Shown here: positions 1 through 8,074 of the stretch, piece by piece
Layout of the letters: every line of letters begins with the position of its first letter
How positions within the stretch are numbered: the stretch's first letter is position 1
Sequence record: MT862763.1
Origin: Escherichia phage vB_EcoP-U8
Length of the DNA stretch: 40,294 nt
Strand: one strand, 5' to 3'
Position numbers and translations under genes: made by a program
The notes under the pieces: model-generated
What the model was told of the DNA's origin: nothing
What the model saw: the letters and a program-made list of their open reading frames with translations, nothing else
The model's database searches: none

Positions 1-982
1 AGCCTTCGTATGGGTTATCGAAGCAAGGTTCGTTACCACCAATACCGTACGGCGCAAAGATGCCAACCGCAGCAAGCGTGTCATCCTTGACCTTAGCCGT
101 AAACTCGTCCTTCTGCTCCTCGGTCAGACCACAAGCATTAACCACCATGCCATCCTCAAGCAGCACCTCAAAGCCAATCACCTTACCTTCGTTAGCCTTG
201 CCCGGAGTCCCCCACACGAGGCCACATACAGTTCCGTCGATGGTCTCCTCTGGCTTCATTTTCCACATTCCCGACTTCTTGCCACGCTTATATTTACCCA
301 GTGGGTCCTTGACTACCAGACCCTCGTGTCCTTCCAGACGCTTCTGTTCGTACAGGGAGTTGAGCGACTCAAGGTCATAGACCGTGTGTGACTCAGACAG
401 AGCCCAGTCGATTTCCGGGAAGTATTTCTGGAGGAGAGGGACGATAGATTCGGCCTTCAGGCGTGTGACGCTATGGATAGGACCTTCGGCTTTCGGGTCA
501 GCAATGGTTGTCATGTCGATGACACCGTAGACCACAACCTGAAGTCGTGACCGGGATCCCCAGAACGGGAGCTTCTTTCCACCAGTCGCCGGCGAATAGT
601 ATTCAGCGAACTCCTCGTTGTTAGGCTTGAGCCACTTCGTTCGGATGAGACCTGAGGAGGTGTTGAAGTCTACACCTTTGACCATGACCTCGCCATCAAT
701 CATCATGCCCACACCTTCGTAGCCGGATTGACGCAGGAACCATCGCCAGTCAGCTTGGGTCCACGCATTACCTAACTCAGAGTTCATCCACTCCAAGGCT
801 GGTAGAGGTTTCGACTCGCGGCTAAGCCAGTAGGTCTCACCTTCACGCAGGACCAGGAGGTTCAGGCGCACACCATCGTACTTCACTTCAGCTTCCAGAG
901 ACCCGGCTGCTTCCAGTGCCTTCTTAATTCCAGACTCAGAGTAATCTACAGCGCGGTGCGGGTTAGTTTTGATAGTTGTCAT
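1..982 (-). CDS. ATP-dependent DNA ligase (T7 gene 1.3-like), 5' part; runs off window start, C-terminal codons at 40207..40294
   Basis: Own RC translation from ATG at 980-982: MTTIKTNPHRAVDYSESGIKKALEAAGSLEAEVKYDGVRLN... with KYDG adenylation motif and collinear match to T7 ligase as recalled. Absent from the six-frame track because it has no in-window stop. Confidence 0.85.
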   Translation of the reverse strand, partial: MTTIKTNPHRAVDYSESGIKKALEAAGSLEAEVKYDGVRLNLLVLREGETYWLSRESKPLPALEWMNSELGNAWTQADWRWFLRQSGYEGVGMMIDGEVMVKGVDFNTSSGLIRTKWLKPNNEEFAEYYSPATGGKKLPFWGSRSRLQVVVYGVIDMTTIADPKAEGPIHSVTRLKAESIVPLLQKYFPEIDWALSESHTVYDLESLNSLYEQKRLEGHEGLVVKDPLGKYKRGKKSGMWKMKPEETIDGTVCGLVWGTPGKANEGKVIGFEVLLEDGMVVNACGLTEEQKDEFTAKVKDDTLAAVGIFAPYGIGGNEPCFDNPYEG

Positions 983-999
983 CGTTAGTGTCTCCAGAA

Positions 1000-1287
1000 T
1001 TAAAGGAATCGACCAGTGTAGTCGTTGAACTGTTTGTTAAACCAAGTGGCAACCGCTACTGTCTGCACATCTTCGTCGTGGATATTCGGGTACTCCGTGA
1101 AGTCCTTCTCGATGAGGACCTCTCGTGTATGAATGTGGACTATAACCGCCCGGACGCAGTGCCTGTTCATCACCGGGTCAAACCAAGTGCTGACCACTGC
1201 GTTATAGTCGGTCTCGGACTGCCAGTTGTGGATGGCTTTACGCAGGGTGTTCAGGTTTCCACTATGTGCTCTTGAGAACATGCCCAT
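1000..1287 (-). CDS. gp1.2-like protein (dGTPase inhibitor family in T7)
   Basis: 95 aa ORF; SD AGGAG 8 nt upstream of ATG; position and weak similarity (SGNL...HDEDV) to T7 gp1.2. Confidence 0.5.
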   Translation of the reverse strand: MGMFSRAHSGNLNTLRKAIHNWQSETDYNAVVSTWFDPVMNRHCVRAVIVHIHTREVLIEKDFTEYPNIHDEDVQTVAVATWFNKQFNDYTGRFL

Positions 1288-1290
1288 GTC

Positions 1291-1470
1291 TTACGCTCCT
1301 ACGAAATACTTCTCTTGGTTAACCATAGAGTCTTTACCTTCAGCGTTTCTGAAAGCGCCTTTGATACCACCGCCACGCTTGGTCTTGTTCAGCTTGCGGC
1401 CCTTCGGGATGTAACCTTCAGTCTGCTGACGTTCACGGATGCGCTCGAAGTTGATAGTGTTCTGATACAT
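1291..1470 (-). CDS. gp1.1-like small basic protein
   Basis: Own translation MYQNTINFERIRERQQTEGYIPKGRKLNKTKRGGG...; KGRKLNKTKR matches T7 gp1.1 as recalled; below the 60 aa ORF-track cutoff. Confidence 0.45.
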   Translation of the reverse strand: MYQNTINFERIRERQQTEGYIPKGRKLNKTKRGGGIKGAFRNAEGKDSMVNQEKYFVGA

Positions 1471-1503
1471 ACGGTTAAATCTCCAGTAGTGTTTATTTAG
1501 GGT

Positions 1504-1546
1504 TAATCATGAAGGCCACGACTTTGAGTCATGACCTTGAGTCTAA
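1504..1546 (-). promoter_or_regulatory. Conserved leader stem-loop element, copy A (candidate RNase III processing site, R1.1 position)
   Basis: Plus-strand TAATCATGAAGGCCAC...ATGACCTTGAGTCTA; RNA can pair AAGGUCAU with GUGGCCUU; same element at 10689..10726 and 34865..34905. Confidence 0.4.
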
Positions 1547-1566
1547 TCCTATAGTGATAGTTTAGG
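1544..1566 (-). promoter_or_regulatory. Phage RNA polymerase promoter (phi1.1 position)
   Basis: RC reads CTAAACTATCACTATAGGATTA; CACTATAGG core as in T7 promoters; upstream of gene 1.1. Confidence 0.75.
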
Positions 1567-1641
1567 GTTAACCTCTTCTGCGTTGGATTAAAGTGAATAC
1601 TGCGAGTGCTCCCAGCCACAGGGCCAGTAACTGTATGTCTG

Positions 1642-1857
1642 TCATTTGGCCTGCTCCAGCTTGGACACTGCGTCCTTCAGGTACTTCTCGTGGCTGGACT
1701 CGACCAGATATACAAGAGTCTTGAACGGGATGTTAAGCTGCTTGGACATCTCGGTAGGGATGACCGTGGTCTTCACCAGACCCTTGCCGTTGTGTTCTGT
1801 TACGGTCACGATTTGAGTCCCACCATTAACGCCAGTATGCTTGTGTGCAAATTTCAT
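1642..1857 (-). CDS. hypothetical protein (between gene 1 and 1.1)
   Basis: 71 aa ORF with SD AAGGAGAG upstream of ATG. Confidence 0.5.
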   Translation of the reverse strand: MKFAHKHTGVNGGTQIVTVTEHNGKGLVKTTVIPTEMSKQLNIPFKTLVYLVESSHEKYLKDAVSKLEQAK

Positions 1858-1867
1858 AACTCTCTCC

Positions 1868-2098
1868 TTATCTAATTAGAGGGAATGACGGATACTGAAT
1901 GCGCTCGTCTTCCATCCACGCGTTAAGAACTTCATCAATCGAAGCTATAAGGTTGTACTCGTTAGGTTGAATCCACCCAGTCACACCCGACTGTAATCTG
2001 TCTCGGAGAATGATTAAATCCTTATAAGTCAGCTCTACATGGCAACGTCCCGACCCATCGTTGAATACCCTGTTGTGTGCTACAAGTTTCATTGACAT
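1868..2098 (-). CDS. hypothetical protein (between gene 1 and 1.1)
   Basis: 76 aa ORF; SD AGGAG 6 nt upstream of ATG, immediately after RNAP stop. Confidence 0.5.
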   Translation of the reverse strand: MSMKLVAHNRVFNDGSGRCHVELTYKDLIILRDRLQSGVTGWIQPNEYNLIASIDEVLNAWMEDERIQYPSFPLIR

Positions 2099-2113
2099 AT
2101 ACTTCTCCTGTTG

Positions 2114-4795
2114 TTAAGCGAATGCAAAGTCTGAAGACAAGATGTCTTCGATATTCAGTTTACCTTTCTTCGGAAGCTCAGGCAACTTGTCTCTCTGGCT
2201 CTCGTGAAGCTGGTATTCAAACTGCTCGTAGAAGTCAAGCAGCACATCGTTGTCGCGGTAGGTCTCGACCATCGTCTCACGGACTCCACGGAACAGATAC
2301 TCAGCGTCAGCCGGGATGGTCCCGAAGCTATCGTGAATCACTGCGAATGACATCACGCCATATTTGCGGTGCGTGTGTACTACAGTCTTGCGGAGGTGGC
2401 TACCATCTTGTGAGTGGACGAAGTTCGGGCTAATGCCTGACTCCTGCTTGTGCTTGTCCAGCTCTTTCTTCGTGCCTTTGTTGACGGTAGGCTGAAGGTT
2501 GAATGACCCTAAGAACATCAGGTTCAGACGAGTGGTGTCCTTCTTGCGGTATTCCTGCCAGACAGGGAAACCATCAGGTGTGACCCAGTGTACCGGAAGA
2601 CAAGGCTTCAGGATTTCTCCAGTCTTCTTGTCCTTCACTTCAGCAGCAAGCAGCTTGGCAGCACCCTGAAGCCATTTCATCGCGTCAACCGCAGCAACTA
2701 CGGTCACACTCACAGCTTCCCAAATCATCTTAGCCATGAAGCGAGATGCTTGGCTTGGTTCAGTGAACATAGCGCCAGACCCTGAGTCAATCGCTGGCAT
2801 CACGATGTCCTCGTAAACTTGGTCTGCGAAGCCGTACTCTTTCGACCCGTAGGCCAGAGTCATGACCGAACGCTTAGTGACCTTTCGTGACATACCGTAG
2901 GTCAGCCACTGACGGGCAAGCTCTCGTGTCCCCAGCTTGAGACGCTCGGTAATCTCACCAGTTTTCTTGTCCTCGTGAGTTACCATCTCGTTGTCCGTAC
3001 CGTTAACCAGTAGGACTTTAAGCTCCTCCTCAATGCGGTCAGACACGATGCGGTAGATGTCTTGGACCTTACCGGATGGCGTCAGGTTTACTGCATGTCC
3101 ACCGATGTGGTCGCGAAGCATAGCGCTGAAGTGCTGAATCCCAGAGCAGGACCCATCGAACGCTATCGGCAGCGAGCAGGAGTAAGACAAGCCGTGGTGC
3201 ATTACGCCAGCATACTCGAAGCAGAACGCTAGGAAGCAGAACGGAGAGTCTAACTTGCCCCACCACTCAATGCTATCCATCGGTGCCTTGGCAGCAGCCA
3301 TGATGTTGTCGTGGTTATCTTCCACCCACTTGATACGCTCCTCGAAGGTGACTTTATCGACACCCGCGCAGTTTGCACCGTGGACCTTCAGCCATTTGAA
3401 ACCATCAGCACCAATAGGCTTACCGACTGCCAGAGTCAGAAGACCCTTTTGCATGTCGTTACCCTGAGGGTTGAACATCGGCACAGCGTAGACGCGACCG
3501 CGCCAGTCCATGTTATACGGGAACCAGATGGCCTTGAACTGAGAGAACTTGTTCGCTTGGTTGACGATAAAGCTCAGTGACAATCTTCGTGACTGTCTGG
3601 CCTTCTCGCGGCGATAGATACCAGCAGCAGCCTTCTTCCATGCCTTGAGTTCTTCTTCAGTCTCACCCGCATAGTCCTCAGGCTTCAGCGGTTCCATCTG
3701 AGGGATGTCATCAATAGGCGTGTTGTTCAGCTTCTCGACCATGTTCACCACTTCCAGAACCTTCTTGTTCACTTTCCAAGGTGTATTCTGAATGATGTTC
3801 ACAGCGTCATAGACTTCAGGCATATACACGTCTTCGTAGCGTGCTACCGCAGACTTAGACCCTAAGCGAATCAGTGGTAATGGTCTGCGTCCTTTGGCCC
3901 AGTACCCACCGCCTACGACACCAGTCCACGGCTTAGGTGGAACGACGCAAGGCTGGTAGACTGGAGCTATACCCGCAAGGCTGAATCCTCGTTGTGCCAT
4001 CTTCTTGACCCAGAAGTCTGACAGGTGGACCATCTCAACGTCAGCCGCTGCATTGCCAGCACCGTAACGCTTAAGCTCGACCAGTTGTGTGGACTGGATG
4101 ACAATCTCCAGCATCTTGATTCCAACGTGGACAGCCTCGGTCGGACTCCAAGTCCCCCACGCATCTTCCAGTTGGCCTTGCTCCAGCATGGATGCCTCGA
4201 CCGCTTGCATGTAGGCTTTCTTGTAGGACGCCCCGGCCCGCTTATTCAGGTTATCAGCTATCGCCTTCTTGAAGTGCTCTTTCTCCTTGTCACGGATGCG
4301 ACCGAAGCGGATTTCGTCCTCAAGTGTGCGACCTATCGCTGAGGCCATCGGTGTAATCGGTATCCCTTCAGGCTTGACCAGCTTGGAGAGTATGACCTTC
4401 AGTATGATAACCGCAGCAGACTCGCAGGAGATGCGCAAAGAGCGGACCTTTACGGCCTTCTCTTCAGTGCTCAACATGGTGAACGCTACGCTCGGACGAG
4501 AGGTTGACAGCTTCCCGTCTGGACCTTCATGCCACTCCTTGACGGCTTGCGCAATCTTAGGGACCAGAGTCTGCATCAAAGGCTTGGCGACCTGATTGTC
4601 TGCCAGTTCCCCTCGCTCAGTCTGTCTCTCAAGGTTCTTGATGAAACGTCGCTCGCCTTCAGTGTATGCCTCGTGCTCAAGCTGAAGCTGTTTGACTGCA
4701 AGGTCTTGCCCGTAGTGGTCAGCCAGTAGGTTAAACGGCTCAATGGCGTTCGACACATCAGAGAAGTCGTGCTTGTCAATAGAGATGACGCTCAT
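2114..4795 (-). CDS. Single-subunit DNA-directed RNA polymerase (T7 gene 1-like)
   Basis: 893 aa; collinear with T7 RNAP as recalled (MSVISIDKHDFSD..., ...ILSSDFAFA C-terminus, NMDWRGRVYAV, HDSFGT motifs). Confidence 0.97.
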   Translation of the reverse strand: MSVISIDKHDFSDVSNAIEPFNLLADHYGQDLAVKQLQLEHEAYTEGERRFIKNLERQTERGELADNQVAKPLMQTLVPKIAQAVKEWHEGPDGKLSTSRPSVAFTMLSTEEKAVKVRSLRISCESAAVIILKVILSKLVKPEGIPITPMASAIGRTLEDEIRFGRIRDKEKEHFKKAIADNLNKRAGASYKKAYMQAVEASMLEQGQLEDAWGTWSPTEAVHVGIKMLEIVIQSTQLVELKRYGAGNAAADVEMVHLSDFWVKKMAQRGFSLAGIAPVYQPCVVPPKPWTGVVGGGYWAKGRRPLPLIRLGSKSAVARYEDVYMPEVYDAVNIIQNTPWKVNKKVLEVVNMVEKLNNTPIDDIPQMEPLKPEDYAGETEEELKAWKKAAAGIYRREKARQSRRLSLSFIVNQANKFSQFKAIWFPYNMDWRGRVYAVPMFNPQGNDMQKGLLTLAVGKPIGADGFKWLKVHGANCAGVDKVTFEERIKWVEDNHDNIMAAAKAPMDSIEWWGKLDSPFCFLAFCFEYAGVMHHGLSYSCSLPIAFDGSCSGIQHFSAMLRDHIGGHAVNLTPSGKVQDIYRIVSDRIEEELKVLLVNGTDNEMVTHEDKKTGEITERLKLGTRELARQWLTYGMSRKVTKRSVMTLAYGSKEYGFADQVYEDIVMPAIDSGSGAMFTEPSQASRFMAKMIWEAVSVTVVAAVDAMKWLQGAAKLLAAEVKDKKTGEILKPCLPVHWVTPDGFPVWQEYRKKDTTRLNLMFLGSFNLQPTVNKGTKKELDKHKQESGISPNFVHSQDGSHLRKTVVHTHRKYGVMSFAVIHDSFGTIPADAEYLFRGVRETMVETYRDNDVLLDFYEQFEYQLHESQRDKLPELPKKGKLNIEDILSSDFAFA

Positions 4796-4864
4796 ACTTA
4801 AAGTCCTTGTTATTAGTCTTTCACTTAAAGTCTCTTTGGTCTTTCACTTGGAGTCTTAGACCTT

Positions 4865-4887
4865 GAGTCCTATAGTGATAGTTAAGT
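4865..4887 (-). promoter_or_regulatory. Phage RNA polymerase promoter directly upstream of the RNAP gene
   Basis: Plus strand CCTATAGTGATAGTTAAG at 4869..4886; +1 about 75 nt upstream of the RNAP start codon. Confidence 0.65.
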
Positions 4888-4892
4888 CAGAA

Positions 4893-5219
4893 TTACTTGC
4901 ATATCAGCGGGTTAGCGTGGAGATGACTGAAGTCACCATGAGTCGTGTGCTTGATGGTTGACCGTTGGTCTATCGCCTTCCAGCCTGAGACTAAAAGTTT
5001 ACCATCGTCAGTGATTGGTCGTCCACCATACACCAGACACATTAGTTCGGACTTATGGCCCTCAGCCCGGAGTCTTGCTTGCAGTACCCGGTCCCGCTCC
5101 TGCTGTTGACGTGCGGAGTGACTTGACGTTCCGTGACGATACCCGGTAGCCAGTAGGCTTAACATTTGCATGTCTGCGTCCATAGAGTGTACCAGATTAA
5201 TCCCGTATGACTTGTTCAT
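4893..5219 (-). CDS. hypothetical early protein
   Basis: 108 aa ORF in early region; His-rich segments; no recognised family. Confidence 0.45.
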   Translation of the reverse strand: MNKSYGINLVHSMDADMQMLSLLATGYRHGTSSHSARQQQERDRVLQARLRAEGHKSELMCLVYGGRPITDDGKLLVSGWKAIDQRSTIKHTTHGDFSHLHANPLICK

Positions 5220-5593
5220 TACAGTTTGCTCCCAAGTGTTGCTATATCCCAGACGTTCGCTAAGTTACGCATGAATCGTCCGTTAGGTTGACGTACAGTC
5301 CAGCTACCCAGACGTACATATTTGAATTTGTAGACTTTACGCGCTTTGTTGATGTCTCTCACCAGCACGTAGGCGATAAGTCCATAGCCTATGGCTATCA
5401 ATAGTGCGATACTCATAGTCATAAGCCCCATAACAGTTGAGTAAGGACCGGTAGTTTGCAGACTAGAGTAAACATTCCCCACGCTACGAAGCCTGAGATA
5501 GTCCAGATGATTGCAGTGCTCATAGTTAACTCCTATTAATTCAAGTGGTAATCTTTGAGGCCACCTATCAGTCGATGACCTCTCGTCTATCAC
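5219..5593 (-). CDS. hypothetical early protein with predicted transmembrane helix (start uncertain)
   Basis: 124 aa ORF; hydrophobic stretch MSIALLIAIGYGLIAYVLV; a 33-aa alternative-frame ORF with strong SD overlaps near 5430..5531. Confidence 0.3.
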   Translation of the reverse strand: MIDERSSTDRWPQRLPLELIGVNYEHCNHLDYLRLRSVGNVYSSLQTTGPYSTVMGLMTMSIALLIAIGYGLIAYVLVRDINKARKVYKFKYVRLGSWTVRQPNGRFMRNLANVWDIATLGSKL

Positions 5594-5636
5594 TCAGTAC
5601 CCGCCTGTCAGCGTTATGGTCAGGCTGTGATACACG

Positions 5637-5792
5637 TTACTTATCCTCAGCGTGCAAACTGTCGTGTATGCGCTTGCGGCCCTCATAGACCGCTTTCAGG
5701 TGACGCATAGTCGCATCGTGGTTTAATTGCCCGGTCTTGACCATAAGCCGGGCGTTAGTGACGTGGTGCTGGCAGAGACCATAAGTTACCAT
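5637..5792 (-). CDS. hypothetical early protein
   Basis: ATG at 5790-5792 overlaps kinase stop (AGATGGTAA), suggesting translational coupling; 51 aa. Confidence 0.3.
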   Translation of the reverse strand: MVTYGLCQHHVTNARLMVKTGQLNHDATMRHLKAVYEGRKRIHDSLHAEDK

Positions 5793-6310
5793 CTTGATGA
5801 CCTCACCTCTTGCAGCTTGGACACAAGGAAGAAACAATCAACCAGTATCAACTTGCCATCCACAACCCGTACATTACGTGGGCTTATCTCAAACTGAATG
5901 TCTGACCCGAAGTTAGCGCAAGCGTCCAGCGCCATCATAACATCCATCAGGCCCTCCCGCACAGTCTCAGACTCAGACCTGTCGTGTGCATCTTGGAATA
6001 TCTCGTACCACTTGTGATACAGTTCGGCAGGTCGAGAGAATACCGGAGACCGTGAGAAGCAGTCTCGCAACACCTGATAGAGTTGCCATTGGTCATCGTC
6101 TAAATGCGCCTTGAGACCTCGTGTTGGTGGCATGTATTCCATCTCATATGTGCCTACCTCAATCATTTTGACTTCAGGGAACAGTGGAGACTCAGGGAAC
6201 CATCCCCACGCCATACACTCCTTGATTGGGTCTGAAGATACCAGAATCACACGCTTCCCGCAGTCCTTCAGGTAACACTTAGTGAATGCGCCTTTTCCGA
6301 TCAGTTTCAT
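5786..6310 (-). CDS. putative protein kinase, gp0.7-like but short (kinase domain only)
   Basis: 174 aa; N-terminal IGKGAFTKCY glycine-rich loop and VDGKLILVDCFF resemble T7 gp0.7 kinase region; SD AAAGGA 8 nt upstream. Confidence 0.45.
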   Translation of the reverse strand: MKLIGKGAFTKCYLKDCGKRVILVSSDPIKECMAWGWFPESPLFPEVKMIEVGTYEMEYMPPTRGLKAHLDDDQWQLYQVLRDCFSRSPVFSRPAELYHKWYEIFQDAHDRSESETVREGLMDVMMALDACANFGSDIQFEISPRNVRVVDGKLILVDCFFLVSKLQEVRSSRW

Positions 6311-6380
6311 CTTGTTTATCCTTTAGTTAGTGACTATCAGTCAGGCCGCTATCAGTCTAACGACCTGTAGTTAATCACTC

Positions 6381-6635
6381 TCAGTTAGCGAAATAAGGAG
6401 CTGAGACGCCCACTGTAGGACTCACGGTTATCTGCGAGTCTATCAGGTATGTCTCGTTGTCTATACGCACAGTATCGACGCTGTAGTTGCTGAACTGCTT
6501 GCTTGATACCTTGCGCACTACCACACGGTGACGCGCTCCTGTCATCTCTTTAAGCTGAATCCACGCATAACCTTTAGTGTTCACGAATACTTCATTGCGA
6601 TTAGTGATTGTGCTTAAGTGTTTCATAGTGTCCAT
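6381..6635 (-). CDS. hypothetical first early protein (gene 0.3 position; not Ocr-like)
   Basis: 84 aa ORF; start may be the Met at codon 4 (better SD spacing). Confidence 0.45.
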   Translation of the reverse strand: MDTMKHLSTITNRNEVFVNTKGYAWIQLKEMTGARHRVVVRKVSSKQFSNYSVDTVRIDNETYLIDSQITVSPTVGVSAPYFAN

Positions 6636-6804
6636 CCTTTAAGTTAGTGACTATCAGTCAGGGCCTTCAGATGTAGACTCAAAGGCCCTGTAGTTAGTCG
6701 CTATCGGCGCACATTAAGAGTTTATCCAGATTGTTAAAGAGCATTCCCTTCAGTCAGAGGACTTCAGGTAGACCGTTTCAGTGTCGGTCGTCACCGTTGT
6801 TTCG

Positions 6805-6843
6805 ATGTGGTACAGCTTACATCTTATCGTTACTGCTTGTCAA
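6805..6843 (-). promoter_or_regulatory. Candidate host sigma70 early promoter (T7 A2/A3-like architecture)
   Basis: RC reads TTGACA-N18-TAAGCT-GTACCACATCGAAAC, resembling T7 A3 (TTGACA...TACGAT GTACCACATGAAAC) as recalled. Confidence 0.4.
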
Positions 6844-7104
6844 CTACTTTCTGTCATCTGCCTGTTGTTCGTATGACTTATCAGGCTGTCTACTTAACCG
6901 GGATGACCAGGCGTCTTCACTATCCGGTTGTTGCCGTGTCGTGTTGACGGAAGCTATTAGGCCATAGTCTGGACCTATAGTCAATAGGTAATTTTAAATA
7001 ATATTGATTAAGCTATCGTCGGCCCCATGGTGTAAGAGGATGTAGTCTTTGACTAACATGTCTTAGACCTTAAGTCTATATCCTTGTGTCTATTAACGTA
7101 GGTC

Positions 7105-7185
7105 TCTGACTGTAGGTAGCGGCATTACCGATGGTCGATGACTGTAGGTAGTTAGACTGTAAGTAGTTAGACTGTAGGTAGTGAC
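7105..7185. repeat. Short tandem/direct repeats (GACTGTAGGTAG x4, last three at 15-bp period) in genome-end region
   Basis: Copies at 7108, 7140, 7155 (one mismatch), 7170; lies between gene 19 and the early promoters, where T7 carries terminal-repeat and CCTAAAG-type repeats. Confidence 0.6.
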
Positions 7186-7618
7186 TCAAGGTCTGATACA
7201 GATAGAGACTCAAAGAAGACCAATAGTCCCTACCTATCGTCTTTCCCTAAGCCATAGCCACAACCTATCGTTGACCTGAAGTCTTGACCATCGGTCTAAC
7301 CTTATGATAGACTGGGGTAGGGCCTTTGGTCTGGACTAAAAGAGGGCCTATGGGGAGACTTGAGGTTCTTGAACTGTGAGATGTGGTCTCAAACTTTTGG
7401 TCCAAAACTCATCGTCACTACTGTAGACCACAGCCACTGTAGGTCAATGACCGTAGGTCAGGCGACACTAGGATAGACCAATAAGTAGGATGACCCTAAG
7501 TGAGCTTCTCTTAAGGTGTTACCTAAAGTCCTTGACTACAGTAGCTAAGGTCAGTAGAGTAGCGTCAGCTATGAACTGACCTTAGGTCTTGCTTTCGTTG
7601 ATTGTTACCATTACGGCG

Positions 7619-7777
7619 TTAACGACACTCAGACACCAGAGAACATACGAGAGTCTCGACCCACCCGACCCACTGACTTCCAGCAGTAACGCCAGCAGCA
7701 AGTAGAACAGCAGCAAGAAACCTGTATGTAGCTCGATTGGTCGCCAGAGCTTTAAGTACAGCTTTGGTCTTTGCCAT
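7619..7777 (-). CDS. small hydrophobic ORF (gene 19.5 position)
   Basis: About 52 aa, MAKTKAVLKALATNRATYRFLAAVLLAAGVTAG...; SD AGGAGG 10 nt upstream; downstream of phiOR-like promoter. Confidence 0.3.
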   Translation of the reverse strand: MAKTKAVLKALATNRATYRFLAAVLLAAGVTAGSQWVGWVETLVCSLVSECR

Positions 7778-7957
7778 ATGCTACATACCTCCTGTATCTA
7801 TGGTCGGTGACTATCTGTATTGGAGGGATTATGATTAATATCACCCTCCTTCCATCGGTGCAAGCCTTAGGTAAGAACTCGGAGTCTGCCTCCTAAGGTC
7901 TTGCATAAAGTCTGCATATGTATATTCACTACAGTAATACTATAAGTAACCGGGGGT

Positions 7958-7980
7958 CTTCCCTATAGTGATAGTTAAGT
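7958..7980 (-). promoter_or_regulatory. Phage RNA polymerase promoter (phiOR position, after gene 19)
   Basis: Plus strand CCTATAGTGATAGTTAAG at 7962..7979. Confidence 0.7.
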
Positions 7981-8074
7981 CCAAACTCCTTGTAAAACAG
8001 TAGGTTAGACTGGTAGTAACTATAGGTTACTAACTGCGTATTCATGCAGCTTTCACCTATAGTTATTCATTCAG

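Noticed and set aside
60-380. Plus-strand 106-aa ORF at window start
   Set aside because: Lies antisense within the ligase coding region; low-complexity Ser/Pro-rich translation, no RBS, and every confident gene in the window is on the minus strand.
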